From Bryobacterales bacterium (GTDB lineage: Bacteria; Acidobacteriota; Terriglobia; Bryobacterales; UBA6623), in assembly GCA_963422375.2 (NCBI GenBank), contig CAXXKD010000001.1, positions 192,001-256,000 of the forward strand: a stretch of 64,000 bases of DNA. The letters are read 5' to 3'. Numbering within the stretch: the stretch's first letter is position 1; each line of letters begins with the position of its first letter. The notes beneath the pieces were generated by a model. It worked only from the letters and a program-made list of their open reading frames with translations, was not told where the DNA came from and made no database searches. Of this stretch, positions 40,613 through 50,878 are shown piece by piece. The position numbers were made by a program, and so were the translations under genes.

Positions 40613-42482
40613 GTGCTTGTGACAGAACGCGCAAGCCCTTAGTTTCCGGGAGGTTGCAGCAGGTCCGTGGGACGAAGATCGGGGCGATCCGGGACGGCTT
40701 GCGCGTTTCCGGGGGTTGTGCGACAATCTTCGTTGAGGAACCGCCCGTGAGGACCGTTCAGGAGATCCAGCTCACCCTTGGCCGGACTGCAATCGAGGAT
40801 ATCGATCTCGACGTCCGTTCCCGCGACGATATCCCGGCCATCTTGCTAGGAATACAATTCATCTATCGCACCGAGGAGTTGCGGGACAGGGTTTTCGCAC
40901 TGCTCGAGAGCCGTATCCTCGGCCTCGGCGAGAGTAGCGGGAACGGCGGGAACGGCGAGAACGGAAGCGATCCTTCCGCAGGCGAGTCCGGTAAGATCAA
41001 CCCTGCCGTCGGTCGTCCCGGCATGCAGCTGTGGAACATTCTCGTCCCGGGCCTGCTCAAGCAGGGATTGAATTGCGACTGCGACCGCGTGACGGAGCTG
41101 GCGAACAAGCATGCGGACGTCCGGCGCTTCCTCGGTCTGAACGCGACGCTCGACGAGCAGGTCTTCAGCTACCGGACAGTCAACCGGAATCCGAAGCTTC
41201 TCACGCCCGACCTCCTCGCGGAAATCAATCAGCTGGTCGTGCAGGAAGGGCACGCGCTGGCGGGGTGCGAGGAAGGTGATTCGCTGAAGGCGCGGCGCGA
41301 CTCGTTCGTGGTGGAAACGAACGTGCACTACCCGACGGACGTGAGTCTTCTATGGGACGCGTTGCGCTGCCTGATTCGCACTATTGCGCCACTGTGCAAG
41401 GGGCGCGGTATCGCGGGCTGGCGGCAGAGCGCGCGGCTGCTGAAGACGCTGAAGCAGGAATTCAACCGGGTGCGGCAGGCGAAGAGGAGGCAAGCCAACC
41501 CGGAGAGGGTGCGGTCGTACCTGGAGGCGGCCCTGGAGATAGCGCGGCGGGCGGAGGGTGCGCTGGCGGCCCTGGCGCGGGCCGGGGAAGACCAGGGAAC
41601 CTTGCGAGCGGCAAGGAGTTACCTCGGGTGCGTGCAGCTCCTGGCGGACCCGGTGGAGCGGCGCGTGCTGCGGGGGGAGAAGATCCCGCACGAGGAGAAA
41701 GTGTTCTCGATCTTCGAGGAACACACGCGCTGGTGCGTGAAAGGAAAAGCGGGGGTGCCGGTGGAGCCGGGCGTTCCGGTATGCATCGTGGAAAGCGAGC
41801 ACCGATTCGTGATGAATCACGAAGTGATGTGGAAGGGGAGCGACGCGGACGTAGCGGTGGGAATCGTCGAGGGGGCGCAGGGGCTGTACGCGGGGTTGTC
41901 GAGCTGCAGCTTCGACAAGGACTTTCACAGCCCGGCGAACCGGACGCGCTTGGCGGAACTGCTGTCGTGCAACGCGATGCGGCGGAAGGGGAGGCTGTCG
42001 AAGGCGGCGAAGGCGACGGAAGGCGCGCCCGAATTCGTGGCTGCGAGGCAGGCGCACCCGGCCGTGGAGTCCGCGATCAACAATCTCGAGTGCCGCGGTC
42101 TGGACAGGGTGATGGACCGGGGAGCGGAGGGATTCGAGCGGATGATCGGGCTAGCGGTCCTGGCGGCGAACGTGCATCGAGTGGGCCGGATCGTGCGCGA
42201 CAGAGAGCGGGACAGAGAGAGGGAGCGTCTCAAGACGGGACCCTTGCCGCTGGCTGCATAGGCAGTCGGCAGCGATCTGAATTGCCCTGAATTGAAACCT
42301 TGAAGAGACAAGGTTCAGGAAAAGTGTACAACTAGAACAGAACTAACTGTATCCTCACAATGAAAATGGAATATGAGGCAATGAGTTCGGGTAATTGGCG
42401 CAGCCTGTTTCTTCTATAGCTATCATTTGGTCGGGATCTATCAGCTAGAATTCCCAAAATATCAGGGTTTTGTCACAAGTAC
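40613..42482 (+). mobile_element. Complete ISNCY-type insertion sequence (1870 bp) with 6-bp TSD
   Basis: Ends GTGCTTGTGACAGAAC / GTTTTGTCACAAGTAC; TCACTA directly repeated at 40607-40612 and 42483-42488. Confidence 0.92.
40747..42261 (+). CDS. ISNCY-family DDE transposase (open frame, several likely deleterious substitutions)
   Basis: SRDDIP..L.GIQ, GRPGM, DSFVVETNVHYPTD, EKVFSIFE.HTRW..KGKAG, SFDK, AVESAINNLE..GLDR. Confidence 0.9.
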   Translation: MRTVQEIQLTLGRTAIEDIDLDVRSRDDIPAILLGIQFIYRTEELRDRVFALLESRILGLGESSGNGGNGENGSDPSAGESGKINPAVGRPGMQLWNILVPGLLKQGLNCDCDRVTELANKHADVRRFLGLNATLDEQVFSYRTVNRNPKLLTPDLLAEINQLVVQEGHALAGCEEGDSLKARRDSFVVETNVHYPTDVSLLWDALRCLIRTIAPLCKGRGIAGWRQSARLLKTLKQEFNRVRQAKRRQANPERVRSYLEAALEIARRAEGALAALARAGEDQGTLRAARSYLGCVQLLADPVERRVLRGEKIPHEEKVFSIFEEHTRWCVKGKAGVPVEPGVPVCIVESEHRFVMNHEVMWKGSDADVAVGIVEGAQGLYAGLSSCSFDKDFHSPANRTRLAELLSCNAMRRKGRLSKAAKATEGAPEFVAARQAHPAVESAINNLECRGLDRVMDRGAEGFERMIGLAVLAANVHRVGRIVRDRERDRERERLKTGPLPLAA

Positions 42483-43101
42483 TCACTAGTCATTCGAGCG
42501 TCGCGTGGCGCACGCCGAGAATCCGCGCCGCCTCCGCCACGGTAAGGCCGAAGTCCTCGATCACTGCGATATGGATGAAAATTCCGGGTGCGACGGGGTC
42601 ATCCCGATCTTGATGCCGCCCGTGCTGATCGGTGATAGTCGACTAGGTTCAATCGCTCGATCCAGCCGTCCCGTTCCTCCAACGTGATCGCTCCATCCGG
42701 TCGCCGCCTCCCTGACGAAGCCCTCCATGCTCTCGGCCATGGCCAGCGCCGCCACCCTGCCGCGCACCCTTTCCGCTAGATCCTATTTCAGCAACCGGGT
42801 CGAGTCCGTCTCGACAAGCTGGCGCAGGCCCCGGTGACTTCGCCTTGGCGCGCAGGCGCAGCCAAGCCGCCCGGCCTGGCTGCTGTTTCCGCGGTACCGA
42901 GCGGCAGCTTCCGGATCACGAATCGGGCGATGACCCGCCGGATTGAAGTTCAACACCGCTGGCACCGGCACCTGCGCTGCCAGCTCGCCTGGCCTGCCCG
43001 GTGGCGTCGCGGGGAAGGCCCTACGAGCCTAGGGCCCCCGGCCGCTATTCCGCATCGGCTTGTCCCCCTGCTGGACGGCACGACAGCCGCTCGGTGATCC
43101 G

Positions 43102-43581
43102 CTAGCTGCCCGGGGGCAACCCGCTCGGAGGCAACCCGGCGTGGATCCGTGTGCGAGGCAATGCCACGTCCTCCCATGGATTGACGAGGTCTAGGTCCAA
43201 GCCGTCGAAATCCGACACGTTCCGCGTCGCGAGGCAGAGATCCTCGGCGGCGGCAGTCGCCGCGATGATGGAGTCGGGCGACTCTAGCACCCGCCCGAGC
43301 GCCCGCGCTCTCGCACGCAGCTCGGCAGCGCGCTCGGCGATGTCGCGGTCCACCGGCAGGATGCGGTCGCGATAGCGGGAAGCGATGTTCCCCACGGTAA
43401 CCGCGATGCCTTCGCGACGGTTCCCGGGCGGGAGGATTTTCACGCCGTACTCCAATTCATGCAGAGTGACGACCGAGAGCCAGTGATCTCGTGTCTCGAC
43501 TAGGAAGGCGAGCACCAAGGGGTTCGGCTTGGGCTTCATTCCCTCCGACACGACATTGGTGTCTAGGAGGACTCCGACCAT
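43102..43581 (-). CDS. vapC: VapC/PIN-domain toxin
   Basis: LLDTNVVSE, SVVTLHEL, DSIIAATA, LATRNVSDF. Confidence 0.93.
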   Translation of the reverse strand: MVGVLLDTNVVSEGMKPKPNPLVLAFLVETRDHWLSVVTLHELEYGVKILPPGNRREGIAVTVGNIASRYRDRILPVDRDIAERAAELRARARALGRVLESPDSIIAATAAAEDLCLATRNVSDFDGLDLDLVNPWEDVALPRTRIHAGLPPSGLPPGS

Positions 43582-43907
43582 TGCTCGTCCTCGTCATCGG
43601 CAAAGGGGACCTCGCGGTTCGGATTGTCCGTGCGACTGGGCAGCTCCAGCGGGCCGAGGCCGCGCATGTTCTCGACGATCCATCGCCCGAGAGGCATCTC
43701 CGGTTCATCGGGGCGGGGTCGGCGCGCGGAGACATCGCACTTGTCCCACACTTCAGCGGGGACTACGATGAATTGTTTCCGCACCCCGATGCGCTGGGGC
43801 CCCTCTTCGTCGACGAGCCTCAGGATCTCGGACAGGCGCGCCTTCGCTTCGGCGATCGTCCACAGCCGTTCGCCTTCCAAGATGCTTCCGCTTGGGTTCT
43901 GTCGCAT
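43563..43907 (-). CDS. Phd/YefM-family antitoxin
   Basis: WTIAEAKARLSEILR..GPQRI; overlaps the vapC start; exact start uncertain. Confidence 0.85.
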   Translation of the reverse strand: MRQNPSGSILEGERLWTIAEAKARLSEILRLVDEEGPQRIGVRKQFIVVPAEVWDKCDVSARRPRPDEPEMPLGRWIVENMRGLGPLELPSRTDNPNREVPFADDEDEQWSESS

Positions 43908-44101
43908 TCGGCTCGAATAAGTTCTGAGTATACACCGCCCCCTCGGCAGAGATTGGCCGCGGAACGACGGCCGGACGCTCGGTAGCCCGGGCGGATCGCT
44001 CGGACTCCAGCCGGATTCGGCGGAGCGCGTCTCGCTGCGGTTGCAGGCATGCCAGAATTGATCTAGCTCCGCCGACCAGGGCGCTTCCGGCGGAGCGGGC
44101 A

Positions 44102-45655
44102 ATGCGCAGACCGACATTCGGTTCTAGGTGGGCGATGATGCTCGCCATGCTAGGCATGGCCGTCGGGACCGGCAACGTCTGGCGCTTCCCCCGCATCGCC
44201 GCTCAGAACGGCGGCGGCGAATTCCTAGTCGCTTGGCTGGCGTTCCTGTTTCTCTGGTCGATTCCGCTGATTCTGCTGGAGTTCGGTCTCGCGCGCAAGA
44301 CGCGCTCCGGCCCCGTGCGGGCCTTCGTAGAGCTGGCCGGGCCCGGCTGGGCCTGGGCGGGAGCCATGGTGGCGTGCGTGTGCGCGGGCATCATGTGCTA
44401 CTACTCGGTCGTCGCGGGCTGGACCGCCCGCTACGCGGTCGCGGCCCTCGCCGGAGAGCTCGGGTCGGTCCCGCCGGGTGCCTTCTGGGCGGACTTCACA
44501 TCGTCGGGGTGGCCGGCTGTCGCGCATGCGGCGATGATCGGCTCGGCAGCGCTGGTCGTGACCAAGGGCGTGACGGCCATCGAGCGGGTCGCCAAGGTCC
44601 TGATGCCTGCGCTGATCGTCTTGATTGCGGTGCTCGTGTGTCGCGCGGTGACCCTGCCCGGAGCCTCCGAAGGCATGGCCTACCTGTTCGGGATCGACTG
44701 GGGCGCGCTGTCGAGCGCCCGCATCTGGGTCGAGGCGCTAACGCAGAACGCATGGGACACGGGAGCCGGCTGGGGGCTCGTGCTCTGCTACGCGGCCTAC
44801 CTCCGTGAGCGCGAGGATACCGCCCTCAACAGCTTCGTGCTACCCGCCGCCAACAACGCGATATCCCTGCTAGCGGGAGTCATGGTCTTCTGCACGGTGT
44901 TCTCGGTGGTTCCCGCCATGGTCGAGAGGGCCGTGACGAACCCGGGCCAGCTGCAGGGACTCGAATCGCTCGAGGAAGCCGTGCGGGCGGGGGAGCCCTT
45001 TTCGTCGGGCCTGATGCAGAGGACGGTGTTCGCCGAAGACAACGCGGGACTCACGTTCATCTGGATGCCCGAACTTTTCCGGGCTATGCCGCATGGGCGG
45101 TTCTTCATGTCGCTGTTCTTCGTCGCCCTCGCCGTGGCGGCCTTCACCAGCCTGATTGCGATGGTCGAGGCGGCGACGAGGGCGCTCGCCGACGTTGGCA
45201 TCGAGCGGCGCAAGGCCATCCGTGTCATCGCGGCGGGGGCGTTCGCGTTCGGGGTGCCCTCCGCAGTTAGCTTGGATGTGCTCGACAACCAGGACTGGGT
45301 GTGGAGCGTGGCGCTGGTGCTCTCCGGCCTGTTCTTCTCGCTCGCGGTCGTCCGCCACGGGGTGCGCCGGTTCCGCGAGCAGATGCTGAACCACGAGCAT
45401 TCCGACATACGGATCGGGCGCTGGTGGGACTTCGTGATACGCGCCGTAGTGCCTCTTGAGTCCGTCGCTCTCACGCTCTGGCTGCTGTACGAGGCTTGGC
45501 TGGCCGACCCCGCGGGCTGGCTCCTGCCATTCGACCCCGCGAACGCGTTCAATGTAGGCACGGTGCTGTTCCAGGTCGGCGCGGTCGCGCTGGCGCTCTT
45601 GCTGCTCAACAGGAAGCTGGCGGCTTCGGTCCGCCGGGGCGAGGCTGCGGGTTGA
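44102..45655 (+). CDS. Sodium-dependent transporter (NSS/SNF family)
   Basis: GMAVGTGNVWRFP, NGGG.F, about 12 hydrophobic segments. Confidence 0.93.
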   Translation: MRRPTFGSRWAMMLAMLGMAVGTGNVWRFPRIAAQNGGGEFLVAWLAFLFLWSIPLILLEFGLARKTRSGPVRAFVELAGPGWAWAGAMVACVCAGIMCYYSVVAGWTARYAVAALAGELGSVPPGAFWADFTSSGWPAVAHAAMIGSAALVVTKGVTAIERVAKVLMPALIVLIAVLVCRAVTLPGASEGMAYLFGIDWGALSSARIWVEALTQNAWDTGAGWGLVLCYAAYLREREDTALNSFVLPAANNAISLLAGVMVFCTVFSVVPAMVERAVTNPGQLQGLESLEEAVRAGEPFSSGLMQRTVFAEDNAGLTFIWMPELFRAMPHGRFFMSLFFVALAVAAFTSLIAMVEAATRALADVGIERRKAIRVIAAGAFAFGVPSAVSLDVLDNQDWVWSVALVLSGLFFSLAVVRHGVRRFREQMLNHEHSDIRIGRWWDFVIRAVVPLESVALTLWLLYEAWLADPAGWLLPFDPANAFNVGTVLFQVGAVALALLLLNRKLAASVRRGEAAG

Positions 45656-46641
45656 CGGTCCTGGGCCCGCGTGAGATCGCGCGCGCCCTGCCGATGGGCG
45701 CGGCCGTGGAGGCCATGCGGGAGGCGTTCGCCGCCCATGCCGAGGGACGGGTGCGGGCGCCGCCTCGCACCGTGTTGCGCACCGGCGCGGACTTCGGTGC
45801 GACCTTGGTCATGCCCGCGACGCTGGAGTCGGCCGAGCCGCCCCTGCTCGCGGTGAAGGTCGTTTCCGTCTTTCCCGGGAACCGGCGGCGCGGGCTGCCC
45901 TCGATTCACGGCACGCTGCTGGTCGCGAGCGCCGCGACTGGCGAGCCGCTCGCCCTGCTGGATGCCGCGTCTCTGACGGCCATCCGTACCGCTGCTGCGT
46001 GCGGCCTGGCGACGGATCTGCTCGCGCGCGCGGACAGCCGCGTTCTCGCGGTCTTCGGAAGCGGCGTTCACGCGCGCACCCAGGTCAGCGCCGCGCGGGC
46101 CGTGCGCCCGATCCGGGAGGTCCGCATATTCAACCCGAACGCGGCGTCCGCGCGGGCCATGGCCGAGGAACTGGCTGCGTCAGCGCCCCTGCCCGGCGGG
46201 TACCGCGTTGCCCGAGCGCCCGCCGAGGCGCTGGACGGGGCCGACATTGCTTGCGCAGCCACGACCTCGCGCGCTCCGGTCTTCGACGACAGGGATGTCC
46301 CCGACGGGATTCACATCAGCGCGATCGGGGCCTTCAAGCCCGAGGACCGCGAGATCCCCTCCCAGACGGTCGCGCGCGCATTGGCCGTTGTCGACGACCA
46401 CGAGTCCGCGCTGGAGGAGGCCGGCGACCTGCTGATCCCGATGAGCGAGGGACGCTTCGACGAGCGCCACTTCCGCCGGGAGCTCGGGGCGCTGGTTCTG
46501 GGGCGCTGTGAGGGGCGCTCGTCCCGCTCGCAGGTCACGCTCTTCAAGTCCGTGGGCTTGGCGGCGCAGGATGTCTTCGCCGCGTGGTCGGTCCTGCAGG
46601 AGGCAGGCCGCCTCGGTCTGGGCCACAGACTCGACTGGTAG
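45652..46641 (+). CDS. Ornithine cyclodeaminase/mu-crystallin family imine reductase
   Basis: TTG overlaps the upstream stop; VKVVSVFPGN, LTAIRTAA, GSGVHA, EAGD, FKSVGLA.QD. Confidence 0.92.
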   Translation: MTVLGPREIARALPMGAAVEAMREAFAAHAEGRVRAPPRTVLRTGADFGATLVMPATLESAEPPLLAVKVVSVFPGNRRRGLPSIHGTLLVASAATGEPLALLDAASLTAIRTAAACGLATDLLARADSRVLAVFGSGVHARTQVSAARAVRPIREVRIFNPNAASARAMAEELAASAPLPGGYRVARAPAEALDGADIACAATTSRAPVFDDRDVPDGIHISAIGAFKPEDREIPSQTVARALAVVDDHESALEEAGDLLIPMSEGRFDERHFRRELGALVLGRCEGRSSRSQVTLFKSVGLAAQDVFAAWSVLQEAGRLGLGHRLDW

Positions 46642-46643
46642 GC

Positions 46644-47747
46644 CTACTCGACGACGAGAACGGGTCGGCCCAGCACCTCGAGCCGTGGCGCGAGCCCGAG
46701 GCCCGGCCCGGCCGGGGCGGCGAGGCGCCCGCGACTCCGCTGCGGAGGGTTGGCGGCGGTGCTGACGGTCACGTAGCTGTTGAAGTCGGTCGAGGTGAAT
46801 AGGAACCTGGGATCGGTGCTGTGCGCCAGGTGGGCGATTGCCGCCGTCGAGAAGTCCCCGCCCCACGTGTCCTCGATCGTCATGGCGACGCCCAGGGCCT
46901 CGCACAGGTCGCGCACCTGGCGGGCCTTGGTCAGCCCGCCCAGCTTGCTGATCTTCAGGTTGATCACGTCCATGGCGCTGTCGGCGTGCGCCCGCAGCAG
47001 CGCGCGGACGCCGTCGATGGACTCGTCGAGCACGAACGGATTGGACGTGTGCCGGCGGACCGACAGGCATTCCTCGTACGAGAGGCAAGGCTGCTCGATG
47101 TAGATGTCCGTGTCGCGCACGGCTTGAACCACCCGCATCGCGTCGTGCATTAGCCAACCGGTGTTGGCGTCGGCGATCAGCCGGTCTCCGGGCCCGATGA
47201 CTTCCCTAGCCGCGAGGATGCGCTCGAGGTCCTCGGCCGGATCCCGTCCGACCTTTAGCTGGAAGCGGGTGTAGCCGTGCGCCCGGTGCGTCGCAACCAG
47301 CTCGGCCATTCTCTCCGGCAGCTCCTGGGATATGGCCCGGTACAGGACGAAGTCGTGCCCGCAGCGGCCTCCCAGAAGGTCGCAGATGGACATGCCGGCT
47401 GCTTGCCCGAGGATGTCCCAGCACGCTACGTCGATCGGGGACTTCACATACGGATGGCCCTTGAGAGCCGCGTCCATGGCCCGGTTCACATCAGCCAGCT
47501 GCGTCGGGTCGAGGTCCAGGAGAGCCGGTCCGATCTCCCTGATGCCGGCGCGGGCGCCCGCGGCGTAGGCCGGAAGGTAGGCCGGGCCCAGCGGGCAGAC
47601 CTCCCCGTAGCCGGCCAGGCCCGTGTCGGTGTCGATCCGCACGATGGTGCTGTCGAACACTTCCACGCTGTTGCCGCCGGACCAGTTGTACGGTCCCTCG
47701 ACGAGCGGAAGGTCGACCTGGTAGGCGCTGATTCGCCTGATCCTCAC
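46644..47747 (-). CDS. Enolase-superfamily enzyme, cis-3-hydroxy-L-proline dehydratase / HpbD-like
   Basis: YQVDLPL.EG.Y.WSGGN.VEVFDST, CPLG.AYLP, QLKVG, DAN, EQP, DE, NLKISK.GG, EDTWG. Confidence 0.85.
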   Translation of the reverse strand: MRIRRISAYQVDLPLVEGPYNWSGGNSVEVFDSTIVRIDTDTGLAGYGEVCPLGPAYLPAYAAGARAGIREIGPALLDLDPTQLADVNRAMDAALKGHPYVKSPIDVACWDILGQAAGMSICDLLGGRCGHDFVLYRAISQELPERMAELVATHRAHGYTRFQLKVGRDPAEDLERILAAREVIGPGDRLIADANTGWLMHDAMRVVQAVRDTDIYIEQPCLSYEECLSVRRHTSNPFVLDESIDGVRALLRAHADSAMDVINLKISKLGGLTKARQVRDLCEALGVAMTIEDTWGGDFSTAAIAHLAHSTDPRFLFTSTDFNSYVTVSTAANPPQRSRGRLAAPAGPGLGLAPRLEVLGRPVLVVE

Positions 47748-47779
47748 GGCGCGGAGTCCACTGGCGAGGCGCGGATGCC

Positions 47780-49450
47780 CTACTTGGCGCGGTCTCGCAA
47801 GGCGAAGAACACGGTGCCCGCGACGAAGTAGATCAAGGTCGGAATCGTGAGCCGCGAATGCAGCGCGTCCAGCGCCGCGGCATAGCCGTCCCGCGACACC
47901 TCGAATACTCCCAGGACGAGCCACAGGCAGGCCGCCAGGGCCAGCGCGGCCACCGCCCCGGACAGGAGCTCCGAAGCGCTGGCCGACCGTCTCGGCGCGA
48001 CCGCGGCCGGCCTGGTGTCTGGCTCGTCCTCGGAGGCGGCTTCCTCGCCGCCCTCGGCCGCTCCCATCGCTCTGGCGAGGAACCAGTACGCGACCATGGC
48101 GAAGATGTAGACAGGAAGGAACAGGAAGAACAGGTGGAGGATGCCGGCGCGCTCTAGCGCGATGGCGAGAGCCACCGACAAGCCCCAGGCTAGGAGCGCG
48201 GCCCAGTTGAGCGGGAGGCCCTTGCGGGTCGACCAGTACCGCTGCAGCCCTGTGCGCGGGAACACCCAGTGCTCGGTGACGACGATCGCCCCAATCGGGG
48301 AGATCAGCAGGCCGTAGATCGCGACGTAGTCGAGCAGTCCCGTGAACACGAACGGGAAGCAGGCGACGACGGTCGTCGCGACGCCCGCGACCAGCGTGAC
48401 CTTGGCGCGAGACCAGTTGGGCGTGACCGCCTGCAGTGCTAGCCCGACCCGGTACAGCGTCGGATTCGAGGTCGTCCAGCCGGCGATCACCACCGCCAGC
48501 GCGCCCACCCATCCCAGGGCCTGGAAGCCGACCTCCCCGGCGTCCAGCTCGGGGAGCGAGCGGCCCATCAGCAGGGCGGCCCCTGCTCCCATCAGTCCGG
48601 CGCAGATCCACGCGAGGTAGTGTCCTAGGAACATGCCGAACGAAGAGTAGAGGCCGTAGGACGCCTTGCGGGCGAACCGGAAGAGGGCCATGTCGGAGAG
48701 CGCCCCGTGCATGCCGAGGTTGCAGATCCAAGCAAATGCCGCGACCTTCCAGAAGCCCATCGGCTCGCTGCCGTCCGGCGTCCGGGCGGTCCAGACCTCC
48801 TGCCCGGCCATGTCGAAGAAAGACCCGCCGCCGGCCGCAGCGTACAGCTCCGGCAGGACCGCGATCGCGCCGACCACGAACATCAGGAACATCCACGGGG
48901 AGCAGACCGTGGCGAACGTTGCGAGCTTCCGGAAGCCCAGCACAGCCAGGGTGACGACCACGGCCCCGACTCCCAGCACAACCAGCACGAAACGGAAGTT
49001 GGTCGGGTACCAGTCCAGCTGCGGGGGAATGCCGAATGGAATGCGGACCGCCGAGGCCGAGACGGTGATCATGCAGCCCGCCATGATCGAGTACAGCAGG
49101 GCGTTCACGACGTTGTAGATCGACGTCAGGCGAGGCCCGCCGATCTTGCGGAGGTACCAGTAGAGCGTGAGGCGCGTGTCGGTCGCGATCGGCGCGCAGA
49201 CCAGCGTCCACGTGAGGACCGCCAGCAGATTGCCGATGACGAGGCCGAGGAAAATGTCCGTCACGCTCGCGCCCCAGTTGACGAACGTGACTCCGATGAC
49301 GAATTCGGTCGCCGCGACGTGCTCGCCGGCGTAGGCGCCGGCGAAGTACCCGGGCCCGAGCAGCCGGGACTTCGGAATGCGCTCCCGGTCGAACTCGTAG
49401 AGGAATCCCGGTTCCCGGCTAGCCGCCGCGGCTTGCGGAGTGGTACTCAT
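47780..49450 (-). CDS. NCS1 (purine-cytosine permease) family transporter
   Basis: GEHVAATEFVIG, LTLYWYLRKI, AGWTTSNPTLY; many TM segments. Confidence 0.85.
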   Translation of the reverse strand: MSTTPQAAAASREPGFLYEFDRERIPKSRLLGPGYFAGAYAGEHVAATEFVIGVTFVNWGASVTDIFLGLVIGNLLAVLTWTLVCAPIATDTRLTLYWYLRKIGGPRLTSIYNVVNALLYSIMAGCMITVSASAVRIPFGIPPQLDWYPTNFRFVLVVLGVGAVVVTLAVLGFRKLATFATVCSPWMFLMFVVGAIAVLPELYAAAGGGSFFDMAGQEVWTARTPDGSEPMGFWKVAAFAWICNLGMHGALSDMALFRFARKASYGLYSSFGMFLGHYLAWICAGLMGAGAALLMGRSLPELDAGEVGFQALGWVGALAVVIAGWTTSNPTLYRVGLALQAVTPNWSRAKVTLVAGVATTVVACFPFVFTGLLDYVAIYGLLISPIGAIVVTEHWVFPRTGLQRYWSTRKGLPLNWAALLAWGLSVALAIALERAGILHLFFLFLPVYIFAMVAYWFLARAMGAAEGGEEAASEDEPDTRPAAVAPRRSASASELLSGAVAALALAACLWLVLGVFEVSRDGYAAALDALHSRLTIPTLIYFVAGTVFFALRDRAK

Positions 49451-49478
49451 GAACTGGCTCTCTGGTGCGCTCCGCCTG

Positions 49479-50732
49479 CTACCGCTGCGCTAGCACGCTT
49501 CTCTCGTAGGCCCGGATCTCGTTCATCCACGAGGCCTCGTCCGCGACGTCCTGCACCTCGCAATAGCGATCCCAAACCGCTCCGAACGGCATGGTGGCGA
49601 CCTGCTCCAGCAGGGCCAGTCGCCCCGTGTAGTCGCCCTGCCCTTCCATCTCGCGGAGCCGTGCCGAGGGCTCCAGCAGCGCGAACAGCAGCGCCTTCAG
49701 CATGGCGCGGGAGCCGATCACCCACGCGGCGACGCGATTGATGCTTGCGTCGAAGAAGTCGAGGCCGACATGCACGCGCGACAGGTACCCGCCGCGCACG
49801 AGTTCCTTGGCGATCTCGCGCAGCTCGTCGCTCAGGAGCACGACATGGTCGCTGTCCCAGCGCACACCGCGGCTGACATGCAGCAGCAGCCGGTCCACCC
49901 ACAGCAGGGCGGACGAGATCTTGTCCGAAACCAGTTCGGTGGGATGGAAGTGCCCCGTGTCCAGGCAGAGGACCTTCCGGCGGGAGGCCGCGTAGCCGAG
50001 ATAGAATTCGTGCGAGCCGACGACGTAGCTCTCCGAGCCCAAGCCGAAGAGCTTGCACTCGACGGCGTCGAGGTTGCGCGCGGGGTCGATCGGCTCGCGG
50101 AAGACCTCGTCGAGCGACTCGACTAGGCGCTCCCGCGGCCCGCGCCGGTCGGCGGGCAGGTCCTTGTAGCCGTCGGGAATCCAGACGTTGGTCACGCAGG
50201 GCGACCGGAGGGCGGCTCCGAAGGAGCCGCCGATGCGGCGGCAGGCGCGCCCGTGATCGATCCAGAAGCGGCGCACGGACGCATCTCGGTGGGCTAGCGT
50301 GAATCCCTCGGCCGCCAAGGGATGGGCGAAGAAGGTCGGGTTGAAGTCCAGACCCAGACCGTTGGCGCGCGCCCAGTCCGCCCAGCCCGTAAAATGCTTC
50401 GGGAGCAGCTGGTCGCGCTCGACCTTGGCTCCGCCCGTCTCCGCGTAGCTGGCGTGCAGGTTGAGCCGATGGCGGCCCGGGATCAGCGACAGGGCCATCT
50501 CGAGGTCGGCACGAAGCTCTTGGGCCGTCCGAGCGCGACCCGGATAGCTGCCCGTAACGGCCAGCCCGCCGCCGATGTCTGCCCCGGTGCCCTCGAAACC
50601 GGCTATGTCGTCTCCCTGCCAGCAATGGAGGGAGAGGCTAACGTCCCGGAGCGCACGGATTGCCTGCTCGCAGTCGACGTCTTGGCGCGAGTAGCGCTCC
50701 CGCGCCAAGGAGTAGGCCGTTGTCACGGGCAA
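49479..50732 (-). CDS. rhaA: L-rhamnose isomerase
   Basis: [70 protein letters not shown]. Confidence 0.95.
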   Translation of the reverse strand: MPVTTAYSLARERYSRQDVDCEQAIRALRDVSLSLHCWQGDDIAGFEGTGADIGGGLAVTGSYPGRARTAQELRADLEMALSLIPGRHRLNLHASYAETGGAKVERDQLLPKHFTGWADWARANGLGLDFNPTFFAHPLAAEGFTLAHRDASVRRFWIDHGRACRRIGGSFGAALRSPCVTNVWIPDGYKDLPADRRGPRERLVESLDEVFREPIDPARNLDAVECKLFGLGSESYVVGSHEFYLGYAASRRKVLCLDTGHFHPTELVSDKISSALLWVDRLLLHVSRGVRWDSDHVVLLSDELREIAKELVRGGYLSRVHVGLDFFDASINRVAAWVIGSRAMLKALLFALLEPSARLREMEGQGDYTGRLALLEQVATMPFGAVWDRYCEVQDVADEASWMNEIRAYERSVLAQR

Positions 50733-50878
50733 TTTGCCAACAAGGATAGCCGATAGACGTCACTCGGGGCGATCGCTCGGCGGCCAATGCACCGCCGGCC
50801 GCTCGGGCGTGCCCGGTCGGCTCTTCAAGCGTGTCGCTGCGGCAGCGGGCCGGGTTTCGGAGCCGAGGACGGTGCCGG

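Noticed and set aside
42490..43100. Short ORFs between ISNCY and vapC
   Set aside because: No recognisable motifs; probably decayed remnants.
17794..49211. Apparent long fusion ORFs 17794-20148, 21796-24576 and 46644-49211
   Set aside because: The N-terminal extensions overlap real genes in other frames; true starts are 19173, 22954 and 47747.
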